Source: a virus
Lineage: Duplodnaviria > Caudoviricetes
Length of the DNA: 34,170 nt
Direction: 5' to 3' (one strand)
Virus record (IMG/VR): IMGVR_UViG_3300010043_000007
Coordinates: 1-34,170 of that record
The first letter of the stretch is position 1. Each line of letters starts with the position of its first letter. Below are positions 19,619 to 29,310 of this stretch, piece after piece. Under the pieces are notes generated by a model, which had not been told where the DNA came from, made no database searches, and saw nothing but the letters and a program-made list of their open reading frames with translations. The translations under genes were made by a program, and so were the position numbers.

Positions 19619-19655
19619 TCGCGTTTTCCCAAATCAGAGAGAAGGAGATCCTGCC

Positions 19656-20036
19656 ATGGCGGGTAAGTGCAATTCATGGGCTCTCGACAATGGTCTCGTC
19701 GGGTTGAAAAACACGGCGACACACATTTATCTGTGCAGCCAAGAACCTGTTGATTTCACTGGTGCGACATCGACCTATGCTCTGGGCAATCAGAGCTTTG
19801 GCGCGGGCAACACGCTCACAGGTCCAACTGATCGTTCGCCCAATGGGCGCAAGGTTACAACTGTCGCAGTAACCAATGGAACGATTACCGGCAGTGGCAC
19901 GGCAACACGATGGGCGATTGTTGATTCAGTCAATAGTCGTTTACTTGTTGATAATGACCTAGCAGCTTCGCAAGCCGTGACCGCTGGTAACGTATTTTCA
20001 CTTCCTGCCTTCGACTTTGGTATTCCGGGTTCGTGA
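19656..20036 (+). CDS. Small beta-rich phage structural protein (126 aa)
   Basis: Start reassigned to ATG 19656 behind GAAGGAGA; LDNGL.....IYLCSQEP...NGRKVT...GTAT.WA.VD pattern is familiar from phage virion proteins. Confidence 0.7.
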   Translation: MAGKCNSWALDNGLVGLKNTATHIYLCSQEPVDFTGATSTYALGNQSFGAGNTLTGPTDRSPNGRKVTTVAVTNGTITGSGTATRWAIVDSVNSRLLVDNDLAASQAVTAGNVFSLPAFDFGIPGS

Positions 20037-20062
20037 TCGGCAATCGCTTCTAGGAGTCGGTC

Positions 20063-20857
20063 ATGGTAGCGAAAAGTCTAAAACATGCGTTTGTATCCGG
20101 TGTCGCCGACGGTGCTGATACGACGCTCGTGCGGCCGTCCAACTGGAATGCCGACCATAACTTCTTCCTCGGCTATCGGACCGTTACGATTACAACTGAT
20201 ACGATAGCGGATACCGACAACTTCTCGCTGATCACGTATAACCAAGCTGGCGCGGTCGCAGTCACCATTGCGCAAGCAGGCGCGGCGTCGCAGTTCCTCT
20301 CTGGTTGGACATGCTTTATCCGCAACCGTGGCGCGGGCGCGGTCACGATCACGCCGACGACCTCGACCATTAACGAGGCTGCGACGCTGGTCCTTCAGCA
20401 GAACGATTACGCCCAGATCTTCAGCGACGGCACAAACTATCAGGCCTTCCGCAATCGTGATCCGACGAAGGTGCCCTTAGACGGTACAATCGCGATGACC
20501 GGCAGGCTCGTGCTGCCAAGCGCAAGTCTTCCACGCGTCGATAAAGGTACAGTCAGCAGCGGTACGGTGACATTCGATGTTAGCGCCGCGACTCGGCAGC
20601 GGTTGCAAGTCGGTGGTGCGCTCACGGTCGCCTATAGCAACTGGCCAGCAAGCGGCAACTATGGCGAGATCATGATTCAGTTGGTCAATGGCGGTGCATT
20701 CACCGTCACGTGGCCAACGACCAACTGGATGGTCGGCGATGGCACTTCCTCGACTACGTTTTCGGCTATGGGTGTGACGTTGGCAACCTCTGGCACGAAT
20801 TGGGTCACCGTCTGGACGCTCGACGGCGGCACTACCTTGTACGGAAGGGCGATGTAA
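20063..20857 (+). CDS. Putative virion fibre/decoration protein
   Basis: KHAFVS..ADG.D..LVRPS.WNA.H N-terminal motif; fibre-type modules (NRGAGAVTITP..TIN; L.NGGA.TVTWP; T.DGGTTLYG); AGGAG RBS. Confidence 0.65.
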   Translation: MVAKSLKHAFVSGVADGADTTLVRPSNWNADHNFFLGYRTVTITTDTIADTDNFSLITYNQAGAVAVTIAQAGAASQFLSGWTCFIRNRGAGAVTITPTTSTINEAATLVLQQNDYAQIFSDGTNYQAFRNRDPTKVPLDGTIAMTGRLVLPSASLPRVDKGTVSSGTVTFDVSAATRQRLQVGGALTVAYSNWPASGNYGEIMIQLVNGGAFTVTWPTTNWMVGDGTSSTTFSAMGVTLATSGTNWVTVWTLDGGTTLYGRAM

Positions 20858-20858
20858 A

Positions 20859-21518
20859 GTGAGCGGTATACTCGTCTCTCCTGCGCAAATGATGGCTGGC
20901 GGTCTAGCCTCGACGTGGGACCCGGTCCAGAAGAGTAGCTTCATAACGCTGGACTCAACCAAGCTCGTGGCGACGTGGAACAGCGGCAATCCATCTCCCG
21001 CCTCCATCAATATACGATCAACCAAGGCGAAGAATAGCAAGTTTTACTGTGAGGTTGTCTGGCACGCGATCGGCACCTTAACGAGTAGCTCCGTTATCAC
21101 GTGCGGCGTCTGTACGTCAGGGTATGGCATAACAGGTGACCATTGGCTCGGTGAGGCGGGTAGTGTGAGCGGCGGTTTCTGGAACGACACCAACTACGAT
21201 TGGGCCGGTTCAGCATTTGCGTATAGTGGAACTGGGTGGAGCAGCCAAGCCGATCCGACTGTCATAGGTATTGCCTGTGATCCCGTGGCGGGTAAGATCT
21301 GGGGCAGAACGGCGGCAGACTCTATCTGGAACAACAGCGCCTCTGCTAACCCGGTAACGGCTGCGGGCGCGCTTCTCTGCCCGGCGGCTAGCACGTTGTA
21401 TATCGCGGCGTGCTTTTATACGACGGGGAATGCACCCTTTGGCCAGTGGACATTGAGGCGGCGTGCTTCCGAGTTCACACTAGGTGTGCAACCCGCTGGA
21501 TTTCCGGCGTTTGGTTAA
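20859..21518 (+). CDS. SPRY/concanavalin-like beta-sandwich protein
   Basis: TWDP..KS..ITL.......RST....KFYCEV.....GV.......VIGIACD..GKIW pattern. Confidence 0.65.
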   Translation: MSGILVSPAQMMAGGLASTWDPVQKSSFITLDSTKLVATWNSGNPSPASINIRSTKAKNSKFYCEVVWHAIGTLTSSSVITCGVCTSGYGITGDHWLGEAGSVSGGFWNDTNYDWAGSAFAYSGTGWSSQADPTVIGIACDPVAGKIWGRTAADSIWNNSASANPVTAAGALLCPAASTLYIAACFYTTGNAPFGQWTLRRRASEFTLGVQPAGFPAFG

Positions 21519-21524
21519 AGCGCG

Positions 21525-22811
21525 ATGTCCGGCGACCCCGCATTTCAAGGTAGTCCGAAGGCGTGGGTCGTCACCGCGTTCCAGGCTGGCATCCAGACCG
21601 TCGCGTCACCTTACTCGCTCGGCACACCCGTCTTCGCGACGCCTGGGCCGGTCGGTATCAAGTTTGTCTTTAGCAGTCCTGCCTACTCGCTCGGCCATCC
21701 GGTCTTTGCTACACCTACTGTCTCTCGTTTTGCAAGCCTTACGGTATTTCATGCTAATACTTATTCGCTTGCATCACCTGTCTTCACAGCAGCACCATTC
21801 ACGCAAAAGCGTGTCTTTCATGCTAATCCGTTTTGGCTAGGTTCGCCGGTCTTTGTTCGTCCGATCCCCGGTATCAAGTATGTGTTGTTCACAAACGCAT
21901 GGGCCGTCGGCTCGCCGATTTTTGCAAAAGCAACTTATCAATTCAAATATCAGATCGCAAAGCCAGCCAATTATTCGCTTGGTCCACTCGCATGGCCAGC
22001 GGTTGGACCGGTCATTGTTCAAGATCTCGTGCACGCGAATGACTATTCGCTCGATAGCCCACGGTTTGCCGCTCCAAGATTGCAGACAGAAGCCGTTGAT
22101 CTCGGTCTACCGATGCCATATCTAACATCGGTCGAAGAAGCTACAGACGTGTTGATTGGCACGTTAAACCGCTTGCTCTCAAGTATTCCTCCACCACCAT
22201 CACCGGTACGTAATAATCTGCGCATCTTAGTTAGCGTGCTGCGAAACAATGCTGCTGAAGCTGTTCGCGGCACTGCGCTAGGAACACAGCTTCAGGAAAT
22301 TTTTACCGCTGCCGATCAAGCTGGTGCAACATTTCCTGGCGTTGAAATAACACGTCAATTTCTTATGGCGCAAGCTGGTAGCTTATCACTCCATACACAA
22401 ATACTGTTCCGCTCGGCACTTATTATGACACTCGGCCTTGAATGCAATATCATCGGTCGGCTTAAATTCAAAACTCGCGATGATGTTCAACAACTCATAT
22501 TGCAACTGCGCGAATCATTTGAATCTGCCAAGGCACTTGGTATTGACGAAATCGATGTTTTGGTTTATCAAAGCTTGAACACGATGGGTGGGGCTATTAT
22601 CAATCTGCTATCACGCAATCAACTCAAGCTTCCGCGTTTTGTCTCTTGGCATAGCAAGTCTCCAATGCCTTCTCTCTATCTTGCTAATCGTATTTATGGT
22701 GACGCAAGTCGCAGCTACGAAATTGAAGATGAGAATGATGTAATTAATCCGGTGTTTTGCCCAACACGATTGCGCGTGCTGAGTTATCCGCCAGTGTGGC
22801 CCACGAGGTAG
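21525..22811 (+). CDS. Repeat-bearing protein carrying the C-terminal (LysM-like) part of the DNA circulation protein
   Basis: N-terminal YSLxSPxFAxP repeats; C-terminus LP.......PSLYLA.RIYGDASR..EI..EN..I.P.F.P is typical of Mu gp43 C-termini. Confidence 0.75.
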   Translation: MSGDPAFQGSPKAWVVTAFQAGIQTVASPYSLGTPVFATPGPVGIKFVFSSPAYSLGHPVFATPTVSRFASLTVFHANTYSLASPVFTAAPFTQKRVFHANPFWLGSPVFVRPIPGIKYVLFTNAWAVGSPIFAKATYQFKYQIAKPANYSLGPLAWPAVGPVIVQDLVHANDYSLDSPRFAAPRLQTEAVDLGLPMPYLTSVEEATDVLIGTLNRLLSSIPPPPSPVRNNLRILVSVLRNNAAEAVRGTALGTQLQEIFTAADQAGATFPGVEITRQFLMAQAGSLSLHTQILFRSALIMTLGLECNIIGRLKFKTRDDVQQLILQLRESFESAKALGIDEIDVLVYQSLNTMGGAIINLLSRNQLKLPRFVSWHSKSPMPSLYLANRIYGDASRSYEIEDENDVINPVFCPTRLRVLSYPPVWPTR

Positions 22812-22820
22812 GAATGATCC

Positions 22821-23348
22821 ATGGATCCAAGAATAGTACAGTCACACGATTTGCGAATGATCACGGAGGCAGATTGGTATCTTATGCCAACTGGCTTCTT
22901 GGACGAGCGCGAAGAGATTTGCAATTACGTCAAGGTCGCACTAATGACCGACGGCATCTCCGACCCAGGAGAGATTCTTCCAGATCCTGACTCAACTGAT
23001 CGTCGTGGCTGGTGGGCGGATATGGACTCTGTGGCAATTTGGCAGGGTTGGCCAATAGGCTGCAAGAATTGGCTCTTAATGCGTGCCAAGATTAGTGATC
23101 CAAATTCGTTCGAGGGCGATACTGTGGTCCGTGCACAATTTTATACTCGCTTGGCATTACAGCCGCTCATTGACATGCGACTGTGTAGTGCGATTGATGT
23201 TCATGCAAGGCGTGTTGGTGTAGATCGTATCGATGTTAGTATCGTCATTTTCCGTGGGCCTAATCCAGAAATTGAACTTATCTTCCAAGATATGTGGAAC
23301 CAGCTTCGTATCTATGAACGGTTTTCACCTTACGGGGGATCAGTCTAA
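22821..23348 (+). CDS. Baseplate protein, Mu gp46-like
   Basis: V..ALMTD......DPDSTDRRGWWAD.....IG.K.WLL.RAK...Y...AL.PLID. Confidence 0.9.
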   Translation: MDPRIVQSHDLRMITEADWYLMPTGFLDEREEICNYVKVALMTDGISDPGEILPDPDSTDRRGWWADMDSVAIWQGWPIGCKNWLLMRAKISDPNSFEGDTVVRAQFYTRLALQPLIDMRLCSAIDVHARRVGVDRIDVSIVIFRGPNPEIELIFQDMWNQLRIYERFSPYGGSV

Positions 23349-24458
23349 ATGCCGTGGCAAACTCCAACACTGCGGCAATGTCGAGAGATGGTGCGAGACG
23401 ATATAACGACATCGCTCGCAGGCAGCGTCGTTGTCGGCAATACCGTCTTGCGTGTGATGGCCGACGCGATGGCTGGTGTTGGTCGGCTAGTCTTGAAGTA
23501 TCTAGATTGGCTAGCGTTGCAGCTTATGCCAGATACTGCGGAACGAGAATGGCTAGACCGTCATGGACAGATCTGGCTGGTCAACGCGGATGGTACGCTA
23601 GGTCGCAAGAATGCGCAGCCAGCCGATGGCACCATTGGGTTGACTGGTACTCCTGGCACGACCGTGCCTGAGGGCACTTCATGGGTTTCACCAACAGGTG
23701 TCACATATCTATCTGTCGAAGATAAGACCATTGGTCAAGTCGCAGATCAACCTACTGAAGTTGCAGTGCTGGCGATCAACCCTGGTACTCCCGGCAACTT
23801 GCCATCAGGCACACCTTTGACTATTACTTCGGGACAGGGTGGAGTTGATAATACAGCATTGACTATTGATCTGCGCGGCGGCACCGATATAGAAACTGAC
23901 GAGGCACTTCGTGCTCGTGTTCTTGCACGCATTCGTCAGCCTCCCATGGGCGGTGATGCTGATGATTATGTTCATTGGGCTATGAGTATTCCCTCTACAA
24001 CGCGCGCTTGGTCGGCTCCGCGTGAGATGGGCATGGGCACAGTTACAATTCGTTTTATGTGCGATGCGTTGCGCCCCGAGACCGGTGGCTTCCCAACAGC
24101 AGAAGATATCAAGGTGGTGCAAACTTATTTAGATAAAGTTCGACCTGTAGCTGTGCGTGACTTTTATGTGATGGCTCCAGTGCCAGAACCAATAGATTTC
24201 GGCTTATCACTGCACAATGATTCATTGGCGCTTCGTGCTCAAGTCGAGACATCAGTTGCAGCTATGATCGACGATAGAGCGGCTCCTGCACATGCGGTTG
24301 ATGGCACGCTGGTAGCAGGTACAACGATCATGGCGTCATGGGTCTCAGAAGCTATTAACCGTGTTACCGCTGACTTTGATCTGACAATGGAAGACCACCC
24401 GATGCCTCACAATGGGGCGCTGGCGGTCCTAGGCACAGTTACGTATCCAGTGCCATGA
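23349..24458 (+). CDS. Baseplate wedge protein J / Mu gp47-like
   Basis: QLMPDTAEREWLDRHG; GGTDIETDEALRARVLARIRQPPMGGDADDYVHWA; GMGTVT. Confidence 0.93.
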   Translation: MPWQTPTLRQCREMVRDDITTSLAGSVVVGNTVLRVMADAMAGVGRLVLKYLDWLALQLMPDTAEREWLDRHGQIWLVNADGTLGRKNAQPADGTIGLTGTPGTTVPEGTSWVSPTGVTYLSVEDKTIGQVADQPTEVAVLAINPGTPGNLPSGTPLTITSGQGGVDNTALTIDLRGGTDIETDEALRARVLARIRQPPMGGDADDYVHWAMSIPSTTRAWSAPREMGMGTVTIRFMCDALRPETGGFPTAEDIKVVQTYLDKVRPVAVRDFYVMAPVPEPIDFGLSLHNDSLALRAQVETSVAAMIDDRAAPAHAVDGTLVAGTTIMASWVSEAINRVTADFDLTMEDHPMPHNGALAVLGTVTYPVP

Positions 24459-26218
24459 CAAATGGCTTTGTTCCAAGTCCGCCACAACAACCGACGCAGC
24501 CATTGCCATTGGACTATGCGCCGCTTGCACCGCCGCTGGCGCTAGATCACCATGTAAGGCGCGGCCAAGAAGAATACGCTTTTGGTCTTGCTGCGCTACT
24601 GCCGCAAGGTATTGCATGGCCACGCTGGTCCGAGAGCACTTTTATGAAAGTGGTCTATGGCCTCGCCGGCATCATGGGATGGGCGGATGGCCGTGCTGCT
24701 GATTTGCTAGAACGCGAAAGCGATCCAAGACAAACGACCGAAATGCTGGATAGCTGGGAAACAGCATGGGGTCTCCCAGAACCTTGTCTTTTCGGCAAGC
24801 AGTTTAGTGTGGCTGAGCGCCGCAATATGCTGGTCATGAAGATGACCTTGCTAGGTGCACAGTCTCGTGAATTCTTCACTGGTGTTGCAGCCTGGTTAGG
24901 CTATCCAATCACTATCACTGAATATCGACCGTTCATGGTTGGTGTTGATCGATGTGGTGATAGTCGTTCATTGAAATCTGATGGCACTTTCGGAGATTGG
25001 CCATGCCAGATTGGCGACCCGCTTATGAGGTTCGCGTGGACCATACACATTGCACAGACAAAACTTGTATGGTTCCGCGCGGGCAGTGGGCAAGCTGGTA
25101 TTGATCCGCACCTACGCATTGCTCGTGCAGAGGATCTTGAGTGCATTATCAGGCGATGGTCTCCTGCTCATAGTCAAATTTTGTTTGATTATTCTGGCAT
25201 TAGTGATCCGTTTGCTGGCACAGATCGGTACTATCTTACGGTGCGTGCTGGTGACTATATTGTCACACGCAGCGGTGAACAAATTGTGAGTGGACGGGCA
25301 GGGGCAGTTATTTGGCAACCACCCTTCGTACCTTTCGCAGTTGGTTCACCGACATTCGGCACGCCATCACTCATTGTATCAATGTCACCGCCGGATGTTG
25401 CAACCCAAGCATGGCTCAATACTGTGGCGCTGCGTGGCGGCGTTGTTACCAATCGGCAGACGGTGCAAACTGACCTCCTGATCAAAGGTCTTAAATACGA
25501 TGGCTTGTGGCCGATCCTTGATCGAGTGTGGCTCGGCGCTTGTGAGAGCAATGAAGCGGTCGGCACTGTTGATATTGTCAACAATGGAATCTTAACCAAC
25601 GTGGTTGGACTCGCTGGTCCTTGCACATGGACATTGCTCAAAGGTTTCCGTGGCGATGGTCAGTACAGCTATCTCAATAGCAATTTCAATCCGGCCACAG
25701 CCCTTACGCCAAATTTCAAAGCTAATAATGGCTGCATCGGTGCTTGGATCAACGTCGGGCAGTATCTTGTGCAGAAACCGAATAACTACATCATCGGTGT
25801 AGCTGAAAACTATGGCACTTACATCGATGTGCTCGATTCGACCGGTGATAATCTGTATTATTTCGCGCTGAATGATCAGATTGGCACACAGTATAATTTC
25901 TCTTCAAGCGGTGCTCCTATTGGAGCCGTCGGACCTTATCTTGCTGTTGATCGCAGCGGACAGGCTGCGAGCACCGCTTACTGCAATGGCGTGCAAATTC
26001 AGTTTAGCTCAAATCCGTCAGCATCGACGACATTTAATTCCAATATTCTCTTCGGCCGCGCATCTCCGAATACTCACTACTTCAGCTCGGAGCAGTTTGG
26101 CATCATGTACATTGCTAAGAGTTTAACGGCACGTCAACATGCGCTGCTCTATAATCGGTTCCGCAATTATCTAACAGGAATGGGACAAAATCCTGGCACG
26201 CCATACGTACCAACGTAA
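24455..26218 (+). CDS. Mu gp48/YmfQ-like baseplate protein fused to a C-terminal lectin-like domain
   Basis: LAALLPQGIAW...LL.ESDP..T.EML..WE..WGLP...LECII.RWSPAH; about 330 extra aa follow. Confidence 0.85.
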   Translation: MTNGFVPSPPQQPTQPLPLDYAPLAPPLALDHHVRRGQEEYAFGLAALLPQGIAWPRWSESTFMKVVYGLAGIMGWADGRAADLLERESDPRQTTEMLDSWETAWGLPEPCLFGKQFSVAERRNMLVMKMTLLGAQSREFFTGVAAWLGYPITITEYRPFMVGVDRCGDSRSLKSDGTFGDWPCQIGDPLMRFAWTIHIAQTKLVWFRAGSGQAGIDPHLRIARAEDLECIIRRWSPAHSQILFDYSGISDPFAGTDRYYLTVRAGDYIVTRSGEQIVSGRAGAVIWQPPFVPFAVGSPTFGTPSLIVSMSPPDVATQAWLNTVALRGGVVTNRQTVQTDLLIKGLKYDGLWPILDRVWLGACESNEAVGTVDIVNNGILTNVVGLAGPCTWTLLKGFRGDGQYSYLNSNFNPATALTPNFKANNGCIGAWINVGQYLVQKPNNYIIGVAENYGTYIDVLDSTGDNLYYFALNDQIGTQYNFSSSGAPIGAVGPYLAVDRSGQAASTAYCNGVQIQFSSNPSASTTFNSNILFGRASPNTHYFSSEQFGIMYIAKSLTARQHALLYNRFRNYLTGMGQNPGTPYVPT

Positions 26219-26230
26219 GAGAGGATAACT

Positions 26231-27508
26231 ATGCGTTACTCGCAACCTTTCGGCACACCGACTCCGCCGCTTGGATCTTATCCGCGCTATATCAATGGCA
26301 ATCCGGTTACAGGCACCGAGGGCAGTATTCCACCTGCGAGTGCGTTCGATGAAGACCAGATCGAGATTGTTACTGTTATCGCCAATGTTGGTTTGACGCC
26401 GGACCATAGTGACCTCACACAGTTGTGGCAGGCAATACAACTTCTGATCCAGCAGAAATACATCACGGCACCAATTGTCAAAAAGGTGCATGGTCCTGGT
26501 GCGGATTTCGTTGATCTGTATGCCGCATTAGCATGGCTTGGCAACTATATCATCACGCCGACTGGAACAGTTACGTTTCTAGTCGCCAATGGTAAATGGA
26601 CTTATCTCAGCACACTTGAGCTCAGTCATCCAAATATCAATAGAGTCACAATTCAAGGTGGTGCATTGCTCGGTGCTTCGCCGCAGCCGGGAAACATTTC
26701 GGTCACCGGATATTCGCTCTCGAATGATAAGACAAACCAGATTATCTATTTGCGTTCGGTTTATGCAACAGAATTGTCTTTTACTGGCGGTGTCAGTGGC
26801 TTTCGATCATTTGCTGGTGGCTTGACGTTGCGCTACTTGCTTATCAGCGGCAGTCAAGACATCGCCAGTCCTCCCAATTATGGCAGAGCGGGATGCGGGT
26901 TGGATGCTTATGAGTTTTTTAATGTTGATGGCTGTGCGTTCTGGGGCTTCGGTGATACCGGCATCGCTATTGAGGGCACGATGGTGCAAATGACCAGTTC
27001 ACTATCGTTAACCGTATGTGCGTGCGGTATCTCCGGCATTGAGGCTAGGGCAGGATATTTTATCGGTAATGGAATAGTCATAACGGCGAGCTGCGGTGGG
27101 CAAGGAGTCTTGTCGGCAACTTCGTACAGCCATTTCCGGGCAGGACTCAACAGCAAAGGCAATGGCACTCCGACCGGATCAGTCGATGGTTATGGCATTA
27201 TCATGTATGGAGGCGGATACATCCGCATCAACGTTGGCGGTGGAAATATGCAAATCAATAAGCGTGCTGGTGCGTGGGTTCAATCTGGTACGCTCGAGGG
27301 CGAAGGGAACATATATTCCAACAACGGTCAGTACGGTGTCTACATGGATGGCGGCAAAGCGTGGATTAATAACTCGACGCTATCAGGCAATGGCACTCGT
27401 GACGTGAACCTGCAAGGCGGCAGTGACATGGAATTGATCGGCTCGTCGTACACGAGCACACAGCCGCCGATCAACACCGAACAAAACAACTCACTCATCA
27501 TCTACTGA
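26231..27508 (+). CDS. Tail fibre/tailspike with pectin-lyase-like beta-helix
   Basis: N-terminal anchor YINGNP.TG..GSIPPA.AF...Q.EI..VI...GLTP..SDLTQL.QAI; C-terminal Gly/Asn-rich repeats (SNNGQYGVYM, NNSTLSGNG). Confidence 0.85.
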   Translation: MRYSQPFGTPTPPLGSYPRYINGNPVTGTEGSIPPASAFDEDQIEIVTVIANVGLTPDHSDLTQLWQAIQLLIQQKYITAPIVKKVHGPGADFVDLYAALAWLGNYIITPTGTVTFLVANGKWTYLSTLELSHPNINRVTIQGGALLGASPQPGNISVTGYSLSNDKTNQIIYLRSVYATELSFTGGVSGFRSFAGGLTLRYLLISGSQDIASPPNYGRAGCGLDAYEFFNVDGCAFWGFGDTGIAIEGTMVQMTSSLSLTVCACGISGIEARAGYFIGNGIVITASCGGQGVLSATSYSHFRAGLNSKGNGTPTGSVDGYGIIMYGGGYIRINVGGGNMQINKRAGAWVQSGTLEGEGNIYSNNGQYGVYMDGGKAWINNSTLSGNGTRDVNLQGGSDMELIGSSYTSTQPPINTEQNNSLIIY

Positions 27509-27518
27509 GGATAAAGCT

Positions 27519-27716
27519 ATGTCAGATGTAATTCCATCTAGTGATCCGCTTATCAAGTGCAACTTGTGCGGCTTGGAATTTCATCGCGGTGGTCATGTTG
27601 ACCATACGCGAGAAGAGTGGCTGCAATACAAGCAGACCAATGGTCTGCCGGACAATTTTCCGCGCTATACATCAATTGATCCGCCACCCTCGACTGGAGA
27701 GGTGCCGCCACCCTAA
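27519..27716 (+). CDS. Small hypothetical protein with CxxC...H..H motif
   Basis: CNLCGLEFHRGGHVDH; GAGG RBS; stop overlaps the next start. Confidence 0.6.
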   Translation: MSDVIPSSDPLIKCNLCGLEFHRGGHVDHTREEWLQYKQTNGLPDNFPRYTSIDPPPSTGEVPPP

Positions 27717-28744
27717 TGCCTAAGCTTCTTACAGCGCCTTTTCAAAATCCATCATATCCCCAAGATCAGGATATGACGCCGGATGAGATGGCGGAAGCGG
27801 CTCGCGCTGCATCAATGGCGCGTGCACAGTCACCCAATCCACTGACGTGCGTTATTGAAGGCGTATGGTCGAGCGTTGATCAATTCCATGCTCATCCATT
27901 CAATGAGTGCATGGACTATCGACATAATAATGTGATTGCTGATGGCGCACCTTGGATTTATTGGCAACTTCTCGATGGGCCGCTGATTGGTCCAGCTACA
28001 CCTATTCCAGATCTCCCTGGCGGAATCAGGGATTGGGTGTCGAGGGCGAGAGTAGAGCCGCCAAAACCATTGCCTCCAGTGATCCCTGTCGAAGAGGAGG
28101 AACCAGTGCTCGTTCTGACGACTATTTTTGATACTCCTGGTCAGTTCGGTGTTTACTCAACGCCGGAAAATTGCGTCAAGCTCGAAGTGCAAATGGTCGG
28201 CGGCGGTGCTGGCGGCGCGGGCGGCGGTCAGACCGGCGCGTCATGGGGTTTTCAGGGCGGCGATACGACATTCGGTACGACAATCGCCGGAGGAGGCCGT
28301 CCGATCATAGCCCATGCGTATGCTACCGGACCTTTCCAGGCTTGGAACACACCGGGCGGCATGGGGACCGCTGGCGGCGAGTCAGTCGGCACTACAGAAG
28401 GCATTGGCGCGGCAGGTGGAACAGGCGGTGCATCATTTTACGGTCAGGGCGGCGGAGGTGTCTATCAAGCGGATGGTCAGTTGGCGGAGGTTTGGGGTGC
28501 AGGTGGTGGCGGTGGCGGCGTCGATGGCACTGTCGTCGCTGCGGCTGGTCGAGGCGGCGGCGCTGGTGCCTTCGCTTTCCTGCGCATTCAGGGCCTGAGC
28601 ATAGCTCCTAACTTCACCTTCTCAGTCGGCGCTGGCGGCAAACGTGGCCCACAGGGCGTCGGCGGTCATTACGGAGGTGACGGTGCCGGAGGGCGCATCA
28701 TCATCGAGGCATATATTTCAACGCCACCAGTGACACCGACATGA
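27716..28744 (+). CDS. Glycine-rich domain tail-associated protein
   Basis: TPG..VY.TP.....LEV.MVGGGAGG...GG.T.FG...F.FSVGAGG..G...GDG.GG.IIIE, the typical phage Gly-rich domain. Confidence 0.75.
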   Translation: MPKLLTAPFQNPSYPQDQDMTPDEMAEAARAASMARAQSPNPLTCVIEGVWSSVDQFHAHPFNECMDYRHNNVIADGAPWIYWQLLDGPLIGPATPIPDLPGGIRDWVSRARVEPPKPLPPVIPVEEEEPVLVLTTIFDTPGQFGVYSTPENCVKLEVQMVGGGAGGAGGGQTGASWGFQGGDTTFGTTIAGGGRPIIAHAYATGPFQAWNTPGGMGTAGGESVGTTEGIGAAGGTGGASFYGQGGGGVYQADGQLAEVWGAGGGGGGVDGTVVAAAGRGGGAGAFAFLRIQGLSIAPNFTFSVGAGGKRGPQGVGGHYGGDGAGGRIIIEAYISTPPVTPT

Positions 28745-28751
28745 GGACCAG

Positions 28752-29300
28752 ATGGACGGCATATTGGGTGGATACATTGATCGAACATTTTGCGTTCGCA
28801 TTGAGCGGGATGCGATTTGGCCACTCAACGGAGGCTTTGCTACGCGCGTGACATTGATGGGTGAATTCATCGTTGAGAATCTCTACATAGGTCCGGTAAG
28901 CACAAAGGGTCCAATGATCGCTGCGCATCTCTATCCGCTTACATTTAACGGCGGTGATAAAACTGCTCACGTCTACATCGACGATGAGGGTACGCTTGTG
29001 CCAATGATCACTGATCCACTGCCAATTGGACTTGACGGAAGTCGAGGCTTGATCGTCACCGGATATGTTTCCATTGATAGCAGTGGTGTGGTTGGAACAC
29101 AGCTTGAACAAGAAGGTTGGAGCGCTTTTTACACGCAAGGCAATGATGCTGGCAATGTCGACAAAAGCAAGAGCGATATAGACGGCAAGCCTTATACGCC
29201 AGCAGGTTTGGCGTCTATTGCTGTTGAAATGGTTGAAGCTTATTACACTCCGCCAAAAGAAGCGACAGGATTCTATACCCCGCCACATCCCAGCCCATGA
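28752..29300 (+). CDS. Hypothetical protein
   Basis: 182-aa ORF with GAGGA RBS in the operon. Confidence 0.65.
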   Translation: MDGILGGYIDRTFCVRIERDAIWPLNGGFATRVTLMGEFIVENLYIGPVSTKGPMIAAHLYPLTFNGGDKTAHVYIDDEGTLVPMITDPLPIGLDGSRGLIVTGYVSIDSSGVVGTQLEQEGWSAFYTQGNDAGNVDKSKSDIDGKPYTPAGLASIAVEMVEAYYTPPKEATGFYTPPHPSP

Positions 29301-29310
29301 AAGCAGTCTG

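Noticed and set aside
19470-19655. N-terminal extension of the 19470-20036 ORF
   Set aside because: Overlaps the upstream gene; a strong RBS precedes ATG 19656
9265-27508. Tailocin, eCIS or T6SS instead of a phage
   Set aside because: Head-tail connector and joining genes are present upstream, implying a capsid; gene types are Mu-like phage tail
26231-28744. Invertible fibre cassette or diversity-generating retroelement
   Set aside because: No invertase, reverse transcriptase, inverted fibre copy or template/variable repeat pair is visible in the window
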